Shown piece by piece: positions 11,047-24,155 of a stretch of 64,000 bases of DNA (position 1 is its first letter; each line of letters begins with the position of its first letter). The notes under the pieces are model-generated. The model saw only the letters and a list, made by a program, of their open reading frames with translations. It had not been told where the DNA came from and did no database searches. The DNA comes from Eledone cirrhosa (Eukaryota): the NCBI GenBank assembly GCA_964016885.1, contig OZ024744.1, positions 45,570,001-45,634,000 of the forward strand. The letters are read 5' to 3'. The position numbers were made by a program, and so were the translations under genes.

Positions 11047-13560
11047 ATGTATACATATATATATGTATACATATACATATATATACATATATATATGTAT
11101 ACATATACATATATATACATATATATATGTATACATATACATATATATACATATGTATACATATATATATGTATACATATACATATATATACATATAAAT
11201 CCCTCCCCCATGAAGAATGCACCTCCCAACATAGACTGATAATTAGCGACCTCATAGTCAGGACGAGACGTACTCGACAACAGAAGAGGACTATCCTCAG
11301 GAGGAAAATATGGAAGCTAAAGGACCCCACAGCCAGGAATAAATTTCAAAGCATATTACTTGATGCTTTCGACAGTAAGGAAGAACATTTAGAGTCGGAC
11401 AATATAGAGGGAGAGTGGGAATTTCTGAAAGCAAACCTGCTGTTGGCGACAGACGAGGTCTGTGGCTGGAGCAGGCCTGTAGGCAGGAGGAGAGTAACAT
11501 GGTGGTGGAACAGTAAGGTGGAGGGGTCAATTAAGGCCAAAAAGCAGGCTTGGAAAGTATGGCGGGATGGGGGAAGTAGAGAGGACTATCAAGTGGCCAG
11601 GAGGGAAGCTAGGAGACAAGTGTACTTAGCAAGAAGGGAAGCTGAGGAAAGAAAGTTCAAGCATGTTCTACAACGCGATGACCAAAAACGTGAGGTGTTC
11701 AGGATTGCTAGGCAATGCGTCAAGGAAAACCGTGATATTGTCGGGGAGAAGTGTGTACTAAACGACGATGGCACACTTGCCATCACCGACGCTGATAAGA
11801 AGGTAGCTTGGAAGTGTCACTATGAAAGGCTTCTAAATAAGGAGAATAATTGGGAGAAAGGCAGTCTCCCTCATATCGACCCAATAGAGGGACCAGCTGT
11901 GTTAGTCGAGGGGAGTATAATAAGTAAGGCAATCAAGGATATGAAGACTGGTAAGGCGGCTGGGCCTTCGGAAATAGTTGCTGAGATGCTGAAGGCATCT
12001 GGCACGGTGGGACACACCATGGTCACCCGCATAGTTAACCAAGTCGTACAAAACGGGGTTGTTCCGAAGGACTGGCATAGCAGCATCATCGTTAACTGTT
12101 ATAAGGGTAAAGGAGACGCCCTAGATAGGAGTAACTATAGAGGCATTAAATTAATCGACCAGGTCATGAAGGTCACGGAAAGAGTAATAGCGCAACTAAT
12201 CAGAGAGAGAATTGACCTAGATGAAATGCAGTTCGGGTTTGTGTCAGGCAAAAGTACCACAGACGCTCTTTTCATAGTACGACAACTACAAGAGAAGTAC
12301 CTAGCTAAAGGTAAACCCCTCTACTTAGCTTTTGTCGACTTGGAGAAAGCCTTCGACAGAGTCCCCCGCTCCATTATCTGGTGGGCTCTTAGAAAACTAG
12401 GCGTTGACGAATGGCTTGTGAGGGCTATACAAGCCATGTATAAAGAAACAGTCAGCAAGGTTAGAATTAACAACGAATATAGTGAAGAGTTTAGCGTAAA
12501 AGTCGGCGTCCATCAGGGCTCTGTTCTCAGTCCACTACTATTTATTATTGCCCTTCAGGCCATAACAGAGGAGTTCAAGACAGGCTGCCCATGGGAACTC
12601 CTATACGCAGACGACCTGACACTCATAGCGGAATCAATGGCCGAGCTAGAGAAGAAATTCCAAACATGGAAGCACGGCCTAGAGTCAAAAGGACTTAAAA
12701 TTAACCTGGCTAAGACCAAAGTACTAGTTTGTAGGAAAGAAAACAAGGCGGCGGTCCCTTCTGGGAAATGGTCGTGCTCGGTGTGTAGGAAAGGCGTAGG
12801 TAGAAACTCCATTTTATGTCCTAAATGCAAAGTATGGGTGCATAAAAGATGTAGTGGGATCACAGGTAGGCTAACTAAGAACATAGATTTTACATGTGGC
12901 CGGTGCTCTGGTGCAATAAGTAGCAGCAAGTGCCCACAAACTACTAGCTCTTTCAATTGCGCAGAGGGTTCTATAGAAATAGTGGACAGCTTCCGTTACC
13001 TGGGCGATAAAATCAGCAGTGGGGGAGGGTGCTCTGAAAGTACTGTAGCTAGAGTCAGAACTGGTTGGAAAAAGTTCAGAGAGCTTATACCACTATTAGC
13101 TGCTAAAGGGTTCTCACTAAAAATGAAAGGCAGGTTGTACGATGCCTGCATACGAACAGCAATGCTGCATGGCAGTGAGACCTGGGCATTGTGTGCAGAG
13201 GATATACGCAGACTAGAGAGGAACGAAGCTTGCATGCTCCGCTGGATGTGTAACAGTAATATACGTGAACGGCAAAGCATAAACGAACTAAGGAATAAAT
13301 TAGAGATAAGAGGGATCAGATGTTGTTTACTCGAGAGAAGGCTACGTTGGTATGGACACGTGATGCGCATGAAAGTCGATAGCTGTATAACAAAGTGCAG
13401 GGCAATAAAGATAGACGGTAGTCACGGAATAGGCAGACCTAGAAAAACCTGGGACGAGCTGATAAACTCCGACATCACACACTTACACCTCTCCAAGACA
13501 ATGTCACTGGACCGAGACCTTTGGCGGTACTCAGTAACAGAGAAGACCCGCCTTACCTAA
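11047..13560 (+). CDS. RTE LINE reverse transcriptase ORF (5'-truncated; first ~50 codons are fused microsatellite)
   Basis: 837-aa uninterrupted ORF with the APE C-terminal end (SQHRLII), [64 protein letters not shown]. Confidence 0.9.
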   Translation: MYTYIYVYIYIYIHIYMYTYTYIYIYICIHIHIYTYVYIYICIHIHIYTYKSLPHEECTSQHRLIISDLIVRTRRTRQQKRTILRRKIWKLKDPTARNKFQSILLDAFDSKEEHLESDNIEGEWEFLKANLLLATDEVCGWSRPVGRRRVTWWWNSKVEGSIKAKKQAWKVWRDGGSREDYQVARREARRQVYLARREAEERKFKHVLQRDDQKREVFRIARQCVKENRDIVGEKCVLNDDGTLAITDADKKVAWKCHYERLLNKENNWEKGSLPHIDPIEGPAVLVEGSIISKAIKDMKTGKAAGPSEIVAEMLKASGTVGHTMVTRIVNQVVQNGVVPKDWHSSIIVNCYKGKGDALDRSNYRGIKLIDQVMKVTERVIAQLIRERIDLDEMQFGFVSGKSTTDALFIVRQLQEKYLAKGKPLYLAFVDLEKAFDRVPRSIIWWALRKLGVDEWLVRAIQAMYKETVSKVRINNEYSEEFSVKVGVHQGSVLSPLLFIIALQAITEEFKTGCPWELLYADDLTLIAESMAELEKKFQTWKHGLESKGLKINLAKTKVLVCRKENKAAVPSGKWSCSVCRKGVGRNSILCPKCKVWVHKRCSGITGRLTKNIDFTCGRCSGAISSSKCPQTTSSFNCAEGSIEIVDSFRYLGDKISSGGGCSESTVARVRTGWKKFRELIPLLAAKGFSLKMKGRLYDACIRTAMLHGSETWALCAEDIRRLERNEACMLRWMCNSNIRERQSINELRNKLEIRGIRCCLLERRLRWYGHVMRMKVDSCITKCRAIKIDGSHGIGRPRKTWDELINSDITHLHLSKTMSLDRDLWRYSVTEKTRLT

Positions 13561-13958
13561 ATATATAGTAAAACCTACTCCAGCCAGTAGGCATCTCTAA
13601 CAAATACACCCCGTCCCACCACCCCCACCCGATCCACACCACCCCGTTCTATGTAAAGTTATGTTGGTGCCGCGCCATCGAGGCCGAAACAAATGAGATC
13701 GTGTAGGTGTCACGACAAAAAAACACACAGTCCACGCTGTAATGTGGCCGTGTAGGCAACACGGTAAAAACCTCCCAGACCCACACTGTAAATGTGGTTG
13801 GTGTTAGGAAGGGCATCCAACTGTAGAAAACCTGCCAGACAGTCCTATGCGAGCAAGACAATCACTCTTGCCTCAAGTGGGACTACCCCCGTCCAAACCC
13901 ATGCAAGCGTGGAACACGGACGTTAAACGTTGATGATGATGATGATGATGATGATGAT
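11197..13958 (+). mobile_element. Young 5'-truncated RTE LINE inserted in TA-rich microsatellite
   Basis: Intact RT frame, ~370-nt 3' UTR, (GAT)n tail ~13932-13958, TA/TACA microsatellite on both sides. Confidence 0.95.
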
Positions 13959-14989
13959 ATGTATACAAATATATATGTTTACATATACATATATATACAT
14001 ATATATATACATATATATACGTATATATATATATATATATAAATGGCAGGGACAGCAGCAGTTTGGTCTATTTGTTTTTGGACCTGGTGTATATATATAT
14101 ATATGAGAGATAATGAATCTTATAACTGTTTCCTGTATTTGTAATGTTATTTGTATATATACATGTAGGTTTATTATGATTTTGTTTATATATTCTAGGT
14201 GACCATATTACAGTGTCCCCTCATAGTGCTCCAATCAAGCCAAAATCAACCAAAAAGGGTAAGTTATAACATCATCTAATAAGTTATTCAGTAATTTATC
14301 CTTTCACTATATATATATATGTGTGTATATAATAAATGAAGAATTAGAAATAGAAGCCGGGAATATCCGTCATCAGTGGTCTACTAGCCATCATAGGTAT
14401 TTCTTCGCATTACAGACCATATACCTCAAGCTAGGGCGATACAATAACTAAATTAAGTTATTGGGATAAAAAGAGTTGGGTGGAGAAAGAGAGACAGGTA
14501 AACAAACACGAATGGTGAGGCAACGTAAAGAGAGGAAAAAATGAGAAAATCAAGTCAATAATTCATTTTGAACAGTCTTTGCCTTCTCGTCAATATTCGC
14601 AAGTTCTTATGTTCAGGACCAGTGGGAAACTGTAGAATATTTCTCTCATAATCCTAGACATCCCACATATGACTAACCACACTTTACTCCTTTCTATGAA
14701 TTTGTATACATGGAAGTCTATGTAATGTGTATGGTGGAACTAATAAATAAAATATTGTGTACATATATAAGTGAAGTGATGTTGGTATTATGTGTATGTT
14801 GATGTATACATATATATATATATATTGGGTTGTATATCATTTTTCAAGTAACTGTTTGGGGTGTGTTTGTCTATTGATGCCTTTTTGAGTGTGTGTTAGA
14901 TTCTGTGTGAGCCCTGTTTGTGCAAGTGTGAGTGTGAGGTTCTGTGTGTGCACTCTCTGTGCATGTGTATGTAAGAATGAATTTTCTTT

Positions 14990-15110
14990 ATTAGGACTGT
15001 TGTCATGATGATTATAGAGACGAGCTTTAAAAGAGGTGGAAGTGGAGCCAAAATAGGTGAAGGAATTGGTGCTAGTTATAATTTTACATTCATAAATTAA
15101 GTTTTTATCC
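14990..15110 (-). pseudogene. Penelope-like GIY-YIG endonuclease fragment
   Basis: NLIYECKIITSTNSFTYFGSTSTSFKARLYNH in ORF 14837-15175. Confidence 0.75.
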
Positions 15111-15234
15111 CCCCCCCCCTCTCTAAATAAAATATTTTTCCCAATATCACACATCAATCTAAAACCACTTTTCATATGTTGATTTAAAACTGCACTATCA
15201 ACAAGTGTTTTTTAGCCTTCATATCATGTTCTCC

Positions 15235-15305
15235 TGTTTTATCTGATGAAAACACAAATATTATTGCTTGATGATGTTTGTTTTTGAAATGCGCATAATA
15301 AAATA
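15235..15305 (+). ncRNA. Type I hammerhead ribozyme with long stem II
   Basis: TGTTTTAT-CTGATGA-AAACACAAATATTATT(gctt)GATGATGTTTGTTTTT-GAAA-TGCGCA-TA-ATAAAATA: 8-bp stem I, 16-position stem II with one mismatch, palindromic stem III (ATGCGCAT), AUA triplet. Confidence 0.78.
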
Positions 15306-15334
15306 TATGGAACTCCTTTAACCATCTTTTGATC

Positions 15335-15335
15335 T

Positions 15336-15374
<39 letters not shown>

Positions 15375-15586
15375 AAAATATAAGAATATAAACGCACACA
15401 CACACACACACATATACGTAAACACACATATACATACATAGCTAAACAATTATACACATGCAAATACGTATATATCAAAAACACGCACAACCAAATACAA
15501 ATACACACACACACACACACACACACACAACCACACACACACATACATAAAAATAAATACACACACACTTATACATACATACATAC

Positions 15587-15641
<55 letters not shown>

Positions 15642-15922
15642 TATACGTACATATACACATATGCATACACATACACACACACATACATGTGTGTATGTGT
15701 AAAACTCAGTATTAGAAAAGGCAAATGAACCTTACATAAACGTATATATAGTAGTAAAGTAATAAAGCAACATAAGGCAATTATTCCATTCACCAGAGGT
15801 TTCTTAAAAGCAAAAAATGTTTACTTCAATCTTCAGAATGAAAAAAAAATGAAAAAAACCAGGTTTATCCACATATACATACATATACACACACAAATAT
15901 ACATATATATACACATACACAT

Positions 15923-15969
<47 letters not shown>

Positions 15970-16040
15970 CATACATATATACACATATATATATATACAC
16001 ATATATATATATACACACAAAAATACATACACATACACAT
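15335..16040. repeat. Compound (TA)/(CA) microsatellites interrupted by a PLE terminal segment
   Basis: Direct dinucleotide runs at 15335-15700 and 15870-16040. Confidence 0.85.
15784..15843 (-). ncRNA. Type I hammerhead-like motif (GUG triplet, probably impaired) 3' of a PLE
   Basis: Minus: TTCATT-CTGAAGA-TTGAAGTAAA...TTTGCTTTTAA-GAAA-CC(tct)GG-TG-AATGGA; same orientation as, and downstream of, the PLE at 16213-17780. Confidence 0.62.
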
Positions 16041-16212
16041 AGGTATGTGAAGGGCAAAGCAAAAAGAATATATGGGGGGGGGGGGGGGGGCTAAGAGGAG
16101 GTAAAATATAAGGGGAGGTAAGGGAGAAAAAAATTTAGTAAATATACAAGAGTACAGAAGGTAGAATCAGCAAAATAAAAACCGTAGCAGAAGTAAAGGG
16201 AAGAGAAGGGGT

Positions 16213-17780
16213 TCAAGGCGGTTGATTTCTCATAGGAGTGTCAATCCAGTTACAGATCAGATGAGGACAGCATCTGAAGATCTCAGTCTTTGAGTTAAGG
16301 CAAGCGGAAGTGGCTCTCAAGTTTAGCAAAATCCTATACTTTTCTGTGGTACACAAAGAACAATTCTTTGTGCCCCTTTGGTACTCCCTCGAATGGTCTA
16401 ATATAGACCAATCAATAGAGTACGGGATGTTACTATCCTTGAGATCCCATACCTTACTTGCGAGGGCCGTTGATGTTCGTTTATCGGAGTGCTTAAAAGA
16501 AGCGACATGTGAGTAAAATCTGGTTTTAAACCTGTCCTGGGTCATACCGACATATCGCTCACTCCTGGCTGGCTGGTTGTTGATTACTGGCGTTATCTTA
16601 GCCTCATAAACGACAGATTTTGTGTTACATTTACCCTGCAATGGGCATTCATCCGGCTTACTGCAACTGCATCCTGGATTTATCCTCGTACGGTATGAAC
16701 TGGTGATTTTGGACTTCATAGATGGGCAACAACAGTAGCTGATCTTAACTACATTCCTATTAAATATCTTATAATATCTATGAATAGGAGGAAAATGTTT
16801 GTCTAATAGTTCAAGGAATTTCCTTCCTACATTAGTTTTGACAGTTAGAGAGAAGGGGGGTGTGAACCAAATAATCTTCCTTTTCCTGTTATTATGGTTA
16901 GTTTTAGGGGGGGGGGGGGGGAGTAGGTAAATAAGAATTTTTTTCTGTAAAACCGCTGTTCTTAAGGGCTTTATTATAATAAGAGGCGGCTTTATTAAAA
17001 ATGTCTATAGACGAAGATAAGGTAGAAATCCTACGGCTAATGTTAGGAATAAGATTATTAAAAACTATAGGGGGGATGGCAAGACTCTTTGTGTATATAC
17101 CTAAGATTTTCATTAGGTTTATGATAGGGTTTAAAAGAGGCAGTAAGTAGATCAAGATTAATATCAAGAAAGTTAGCATTAGTAAGGTTCGTATCTATAG
17201 TAATTTTAAGGTTAAGATTAGCAAAAGTATTGATTAAATCTTTACGGAATTTATCAAGATTATGCCCGTTGGTGGTATGAGAAACTGCTAATCCGTCATC
17301 ACGGTATAAACCGATATTATGGGACGGAAATTTCTCTTTGAGTGTGTGGAGAAGGAATAATCCTACTAAGTCACACACATCCGCACTGTCATGAACCCAT
17401 TGCAACATCAAAAGAGTTTTCAGGGTTTGACTTTTTAACCCAAATATTATCATTAGTAAAAAGTAAAGTTTTTCTAGCATGAAAGATAATGTCCTCTTCT
17501 AATTTAGAGATATTAATGAAGGGTCTTGCAAAATCTAAGGCATTAGTTAATAAGGAAACAGTAATAGAAGGGTAAAAATCGACAATATCAAATTGGGTAA
17601 ATCTACACTTATTTTTACCTTGTATATTATTGAACCAAGAAATAACAGAGGAAGTATTTAGCCACTGTGATAGGTCAGTGTTAGTTCTAATTTGGAGAAT
17701 TATTTTTCTTAAGATTTTCTTACTAGCAAGGCCAACCTCGGATTTAGCCGGGTTAATCAGTCTACAACTAGGTCGATTAT
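16213..17780 (-). mobile_element. Decayed Penelope-like element (RT + GIY-YIG), Naiad-like
   Basis: QFDIVDFYPSI, GLYRDDGL, NFLDINLDL, IIWFTPPFS, CSCSKPDECPLQGKC, VVYEAKI...YVGMTQDRFKTRFYSH, CSLCTTEK; frameshifted. Confidence 0.9.
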
Positions 17781-17806
17781 ATATATATAGTGAAATATAT
17801 ATATAA

Positions 17807-17839
<33 letters not shown>

Positions 17840-18414
17840 GTGAAAAAAGTGTGGACGTTTGAAAACGTTCTATCTTTCTATACAAATCACGTTGTATGAA
17901 ATAAAAGAAAAGGCACCTTGTATAAATTTAAAGATGAGAGGACTTTATAACATAGACCAAAAGTTGTTTAGCGTAACTTGCTTTCTTAGTTTCTTTTAAA
18001 CATTAATTGTCCTTTCCTTCAGACTCCAGCATTCTGTTTTTCGACTGCTTAGTTAGGGTCACCTCTGTCCTTGCTAAAGTAAGGAGGAATGCACCTTGTT
18101 TTTGGGGTGTGCGTTTGTTGACCCTTGCGTATATATATATATATATATATATAATTTCATTTGAGTATTGGTGAAAGATAGCATGAAAACCATTTACCTC
18201 CTCCTACTCTCATCAACATCAAACACCAGAGTGAGTGAGTGGGAGGGGTAGTAACGAGTAGACAAAAAGAGAGAGGAGCTGAGATATCGACAAATGGAAG
18301 ATAAAATTCATTAATACTTCTTCAGATTTTCCATATATTTATACATTTATCTATTTATTTTAAAATTCGCTGTGTTAGATTATATTTATATATGAAACAT
18401 TATGTAAAGAATAA

Positions 18415-18522
18415 ATAATTGTTTCTACTTTTGGCACAAGGCCAGTAATTACCCAGTGCATTACTGGTACTTTATTTTATCGACCCCGTAAGGATGAAAG
18501 GAAAAGTAAACCTCGGCGGGAT
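18415..18522 (-). mobile_element. 5'-truncated SINE with 17-bp TSD
   Basis: tttatcgaccccgtaaggatgaaagg core and tgtttctacttttggcaca tail; TSD tgtaaagaataaataat at ~18403 and ~18523. Confidence 0.85.
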
Positions 18523-18630
18523 TGTAAAGAATAAATAATGTTGATAAGTGTGTTTTGTTTCTCCATCATGTTCTGTTTATGGATATATATATATATATAT
18601 ATATTTAATGTATAATAAACAATACAATAT

Positions 18631-18708
18631 AATTACCTCTTTACCAGAGGTTTCCCGAATAAACACGAATACAAGAAACGTCCGCATTCGTTCGTCAGAC
18701 AAAGAAAT
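18631..18708 (-). ncRNA. Type I hammerhead ribozyme (PLE-associated), paralog of 24156-24233
   Basis: Minus: CTTTGT-CTGACGA-ACGAATGCGGACG...TATTCGG-GAAA-CC(tct)GG-TA-AAGAGG; 18600-18775 is the reverse complement of ~24095-24265. Confidence 0.62.
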
Positions 18709-18774
18709 TTAAAACAGTGAAATATTTGAAAAATCTCAAGAATGGCTAAAAGTTTAATGGGCAAGAAAAAAATA

Positions 18775-19110
18775 AGTGTGATTTCATGTGTGGGTATGAC
18801 ACAAAACAAATTCAAAACACGATATTACTCACATGTCGCATCTTTCCGACATTCTGAAAAAAGATTTACAACAGCTCTGGCTAGCAGATTATGGGATTTG
18901 AAGGACCAAGGTATCCAATATAAATTAGATTGGTCAATTTTGAACCAATTTAAAGAATACGCAAGAAGAACAAGAAGATGCGCAATCTGCTTAAGTGAAA
19001 AATATTGGATTTAACAGACACCTTAAATCACCAAAAACCTGCCTAAATGCAAAAACAGATATTTTCACCAGTTGCCCACACATGAAATCACACTTGCTTT
19101 CCAGCTCATA
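18775..19110 (+). pseudogene. Penelope-like GIY-YIG C-terminal fragment
   Basis: CVGMTQNKFKTRYYSHVASFRH...WDLKD...CAICLSEKY...CLNAKTDIFTSCPH; similar to 16213-16719. Confidence 0.85.
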
Positions 19111-19614
19111 TAAACTTAACTCACTTTCAAACACATGCTGTCTGGCATGTTCGTATAGTACTATACGAACATGTCAGACAACAACACGACGGTAACATGG
19201 ACAACATAGAAATTAGAATAATATCTAAACATAGAAATGATCCAGCAGATAGGCAAATCAGAAAGGCCAGCGAAATAGAACTTAGAAGGCCAAGGCTAAA
19301 CAGAAAAATATGAATGGAATAACAACACCCAAACAAACAACACTGACCTAAGAGAAGTATAAATAAATAAATACATATACAAGCACAATAACAACAAACA
19401 CATATAAACACACACTAGTTAACTAAGATAGAATACAATAACCAATACATAGTCACCCAAACACGAACACAAAACACACCAAACAAAACACTATACACAC
19501 ACGCAAACATGCGCAGGGAAGACGAAAAAAAAATAATAAACAAATAAATAAATAAATATACAGACTAAATAAACATGGCGTAGTCATACAATACAACGGG
19601 AGGAAACATAATAG

Positions 19615-19662
19615 CAACACTGACGATGTTGCAGATGTGCAACGAAAGAATTTTGTTAGACT
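19615..19662 (+). ncRNA. Degenerate hammerhead-like motif 3' of the GIY-YIG fragment
   Basis: AACA-CTGACGA-t-GTTGCA(gatg)TGCAAC-GAAA-GAATTT-TGTT; stems I and III are weak. Confidence 0.45.
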
Positions 19663-20277
19663 ATATATATGTGTTTGTGTCTATATTGTATCTGTATTTT
19701 TGACCGTTGGTCAGTCAATGGTAACATTGAGGACCGAATAAATTAAATTAACCGATATAAAAGACACAGAAGCGAAAACCAACCAAACAGTGAGTGTGTT
19801 CTGTTATTAATTGTGGCAATATTACTACACAAATATGACCCTCCCCAAGTATAACAATATATATATATACATATACAGTTATATGGTCACTGGTTAAATA
19901 TACGTAGTAGTATATTAAGCGTAACAATTACATCATAACTCAAGAAAATGCATGCTGGATTACTACAATAAACAACCACTCCATGCAGAAAATCACAGGT
20001 CAACATTAAAACCTTGTTCAAGAATCATTTCAAGCCAATTCACCACACACAATTCTGTCACCAACATGTGAATAGAACTTCAGGTCACAGCAAAAACGAT
20101 CAGCATAACCAACGAGTCTAAACAGCACTCGTGTACCAATTGTTAAATACACTAAATATCTTAGCATGTTTTCTAAAAATGGTCAAATTCAAATATATAA
20201 TCAGAGATGAAATGGAATAGATACAAAATAAAGATAAAATTACAAATACAGTCTACATACCACTAAAATTAAATTAA

Positions 20278-20420
20278 AATAATTGTTTCTACTATTGGCA
20301 CAAGGCCAGCAAATTATCCAGTACATTACTGGTACTTTATTTTATCGACCCCGTAAGGATGAAAGGAAACGTTAACCTCGGCGGGATTTGAACTCAGAAT
20401 GGCAAGGGCCGTAACTGGCT
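20278..20420 (-). mobile_element. SINE (partial)
   Basis: Same core and tail as 45768-45957, including gggatttgaactcag (B-box on the minus strand). Confidence 0.85.
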
Positions 20421-20689
20421 TAGAGCGTTTTACTTTATTTAGCGCCACTGAACTCTGTGTACATAAATTGATGACGTCTTAGTTGTTACAGAAAAACGTA
20501 GTTCTCATGTGGTCTCTGTGTACATTAAATGATGATGTTTCAGCTGTTAAAGAGATGACGTTGTACTCAGGATGTGAATGAAAGGGGGATAACTCTGATT
20601 ATTCATCTAATAGGTATTTAATTCAGACTAATATCAGATTAAAGAGAAATGAATATAAGTAGAAAATTATAAGTTCAGTAACTTCACCC

Positions 20690-22220
20690 CATCCTAACCC
20701 GACCCTGCCCCACCAACACCGCACTAACACACATCCCACCACATTACTCCACCCCATAGCCCACTATACCATGGTAGATCTAACCACATCACACCCCTCC
20801 AAACCACAATACAATACACACCATTACACTAAACTACAGGATATCACCCCTACACCAATAGACACCGCAATACTCCACCACATCACAGCATATCAATCAC
20901 CCAGACAAACCAACCAGTCGACACCAAACCGTACCACACCACGCCATACCGCTCCACCAATTCAACCACCATATACCACGCCACACCACACACCGTTATA
21001 AACTACCACTCCTTGAAGCATTATACTACTGTATACCCCATCCACTTCACTGCCCCAGGACCAGTAAAACATATCCAACCTCAAACTACGCACTTCAATA
21101 TTGGGAAAAATTAGACCGCGTTACACCACACAACACCACACCAAACCACAGTACACCAGACTACAACACTAAAAACACACCCCACCGCCATACCCAATCC
21201 TCACAAAATTACAAACACTACATAATACTACACCTCAGCAAATCATACCAAATTCCCTTACACCACCCTACACTACAATACATCACATCACACTAAAATA
21301 CCCCACTCCTCACCACGCTGCACTACATTACTACACACTAGATCCCACTTCACCATACACAGCCACACCACCTCATACCACACTATACTACCACACAACA
21401 CAACCACATACTTCTCACACCCCTCCAAACTCAAAAACTCACCACTGCAGACTATATTATTCCACACCTGAGTCCAGTGAGTATAGCAACTGAAGCTGCC
21501 CCAGTGGCAACAATGTCCGACACCTTATTTCAATCATCACGATACAGCACATCACATCATAACACTACATTACACTCCACCCTACTAATCCACTGGACAC
21601 CTATTCATACTACCCAACACCTAGCTATACTACATTACATCCCACCAAATTGCAAACATTCGATTCAACCACACCAATGTCATCACCCCTACTACAGTAC
21701 GCCTATACACTCCACAACAAATCAAATCAAGTACACCGCCATACGTCACACGACCCTATCAACTACACCACAGGATACTGATCGTTACACTACACTAAAC
21801 TATAATGCTAAGCAACATTGGATAGTACACCAAACCACACTGCACTATACAGTATCTAAATATACAACACCACATCATCCCTTACCAGGCCCTAACTAAA
21901 TAAAACTATCTTACACTTCAGTGCACAACATCGCCTATGTCCATACCATAGTACAGCACAAATAACTCGATAAGATACATCACAGTTCACCACTCAATAC
22001 ATCATTACACCACAATAAAATACAAGTATCACACCACACCTCTGTACACCACACCACTCCACACCATCCTTCATCACCGCGCACTACACTACACTATATC
22101 ACAGATATTATACCACAATACACTACACCACACCCAGATACACCCACACTAAAGTACACCAGAGCCACACTAATTACACCACCCCATACATTCAAAACCA
22201 CACCACAATATACACACTAT
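20690..22220. repeat. Highly degenerate CACCA/CACTA pentamer-derived low-complexity repeat
   Basis: G-poor, recurrent acacc/acact motifs. Confidence 0.75.
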
Positions 22221-22299
22221 GAATTCAATAGGGTTAAGCAGCGGTACTGTACAAGGAGGAGTGATACATCAGCAGAGCTAAGTAATAGGTTTATAGTGG

Positions 22300-23390
22300 T
22301 AAAATGAATTAAGTTTAATGTGAAAACAAGATGAGAAAATCTCAGATTTCCTATTCAGTAATTCGCAGTTAGAGTAAACTATGGCATGAGACTCAAGCAG
22401 GCAGAGGTTACAAGTTTTGATCGGGGGCGGTAGGGTGTCGATTTAGTTACCAACCTCCAATTGAGTGTATAATCTATACCATCATATTTTAAAGAGTGAA
22501 TATATTTAGCTAAGGAAGGTAGCATTTTTAAGCCTATCATATCTAAAAGTATAATTGTGGGAGTTAAATCTACTTTTAAAAGCTGTAGAGGTAGAACCCA
22601 CATATGTCTTAGTTGAAGTTGTTGTTACAACATCACATGCATAAACAATATTCCTCATAAGGCAATTGCCTTTTAAAGGGCAATTTCCACTCCTTCTATA
22701 ATTACAACTACGGTATGTGTCGTTATTCATACCTTGGGATGGCCTATTGTTCAAACCCATTTGACTTGTAATGTGTTCAACAGATGTGATGTCACCGATC
22801 TGCGGTACCGCACTAGCCAATGTTTTAGGTTGCTGTTGGTTACTCACAGTTTTAATATTTTCAAAACCTACACTAATTTTCTGATTATTAGTACGTGCCA
22901 AGTGGTAAGCTAGGTTTGGTGTAGTGGAGTACGATAATTTAATTGTGTTTTTATTGAATATACAATGGTATCTGCTACCCGGCGGGAAGTTGTTTTCTAG
23001 GATTAAGAAGAATGTTTTTGGTATATTAGTTAAGACCTCAGAGTTATATGGTGGGATAAAAAGGTGTTCATTCTTCTATTTTTTCTATTTTTCCCCACTA
23101 CAGTCCGGTTCACACCAGGGCTACTACTCTCCCCTACGCATACAGAACTAAGTCCACCATAAATTGGTGGTGAAATTCTTCCATTACATAGGTCAATATG
23201 TCTATCTAATACTCTACTATGAGTGTGTTTTCCAAATCTTACAGCACTTCCATTAGTGTAACCATTAGAAGTATTTGGAGGATGCATATTAAAGCCATTC
23301 AGTCTAGGCTAGGCTGAGCTAATCACAACATTTGTCCTATCTGAGCAGAGTCCGCAGATCCCATTGTGATATCAAACTTGTTAGTGTTAT
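22300..23390 (-). mobile_element. Internally deleted Penelope-like element relic
   Basis: FDITMGSADSAQI (RT) and SCNYRRSGNCPLKGNCLMRNIVYACDV...TYVGSTSTAFKSRFNSH (GIY-YIG). Confidence 0.8.
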
Positions 23391-24155
23391 ATATATATAT
23401 GGTCGCGTGCGTGCGTGTGAATAGATGTGCATGTATGTATATATATATATGTGTATATGTATGTATGTATGCGTATGTATGCTTTTCTGCACGTGTTTTT
23501 GTCTGTATGTATATATATTTATATATATGTATGTGTGTATGAGCTTGTTCGCGTATATGCATGTTTTCTACTTTTTATTTATTTTTTCTAGTGTTACTTT
23601 ATATATTACAACCCCTCCCACTTATTTCTCTTTGCCTTAATTTTTTATTCTTATCTTATATATTATTTCATTTATTCATCATATTTTATATTTGTATCGA
23701 CCTTGTGTCTGACACTGCGTTGACGTTATACACTCCCTTCCCTGTATATACCACATACATGTATGTGGTTGCGCGTGTGTGTATGTTTATACGCGTGCGT
23801 CCTTTCATCCTTGTATGTGTATATATTTCTGCCCTTAATCCCTGAGTCTGTATGTATGCTAACTCCATTATCTTACAATTTCTATTTTCAACATATATAT
23901 ATATATTTATTTGTAATCACACATACACTAATATATTTGCCCTCATGTATGTACTTACGCACACATTTTTTCACTATACACATGTAGTTGTACATACACA
24001 CACATGTACATATGTATGTGCATATACACACATCCCCTTACTATATTTCTTTATTTTTATTTTTTTATACATTTCTTGAATTATTACTTTTATTTTTTTT
24101 TGCCCGTTAAACTTTTAGCCTTTCTTGAGATTTTTTCAAATATTTCACTGTTTTA

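Noticed and set aside
1316-13370. Antisense ORFs over RTE copies (e.g. 1857-2390, 7554-8000, 12996-13370)
   Set aside because: Shadow frames of LINE coding sequence with no independent motifs.
14360-14430. Minus-strand CTGATGA followed by a small hairpin
   Set aside because: No correctly placed GAAA box or helix III.
17380-17410. Possible selenocysteine UGA in the Naiad-like RT (MGS*)
   Set aside because: The downstream DSADVCDLVG lies in another frame, so this is a frameshift and not an in-frame UGA; no SECIS was recognised.
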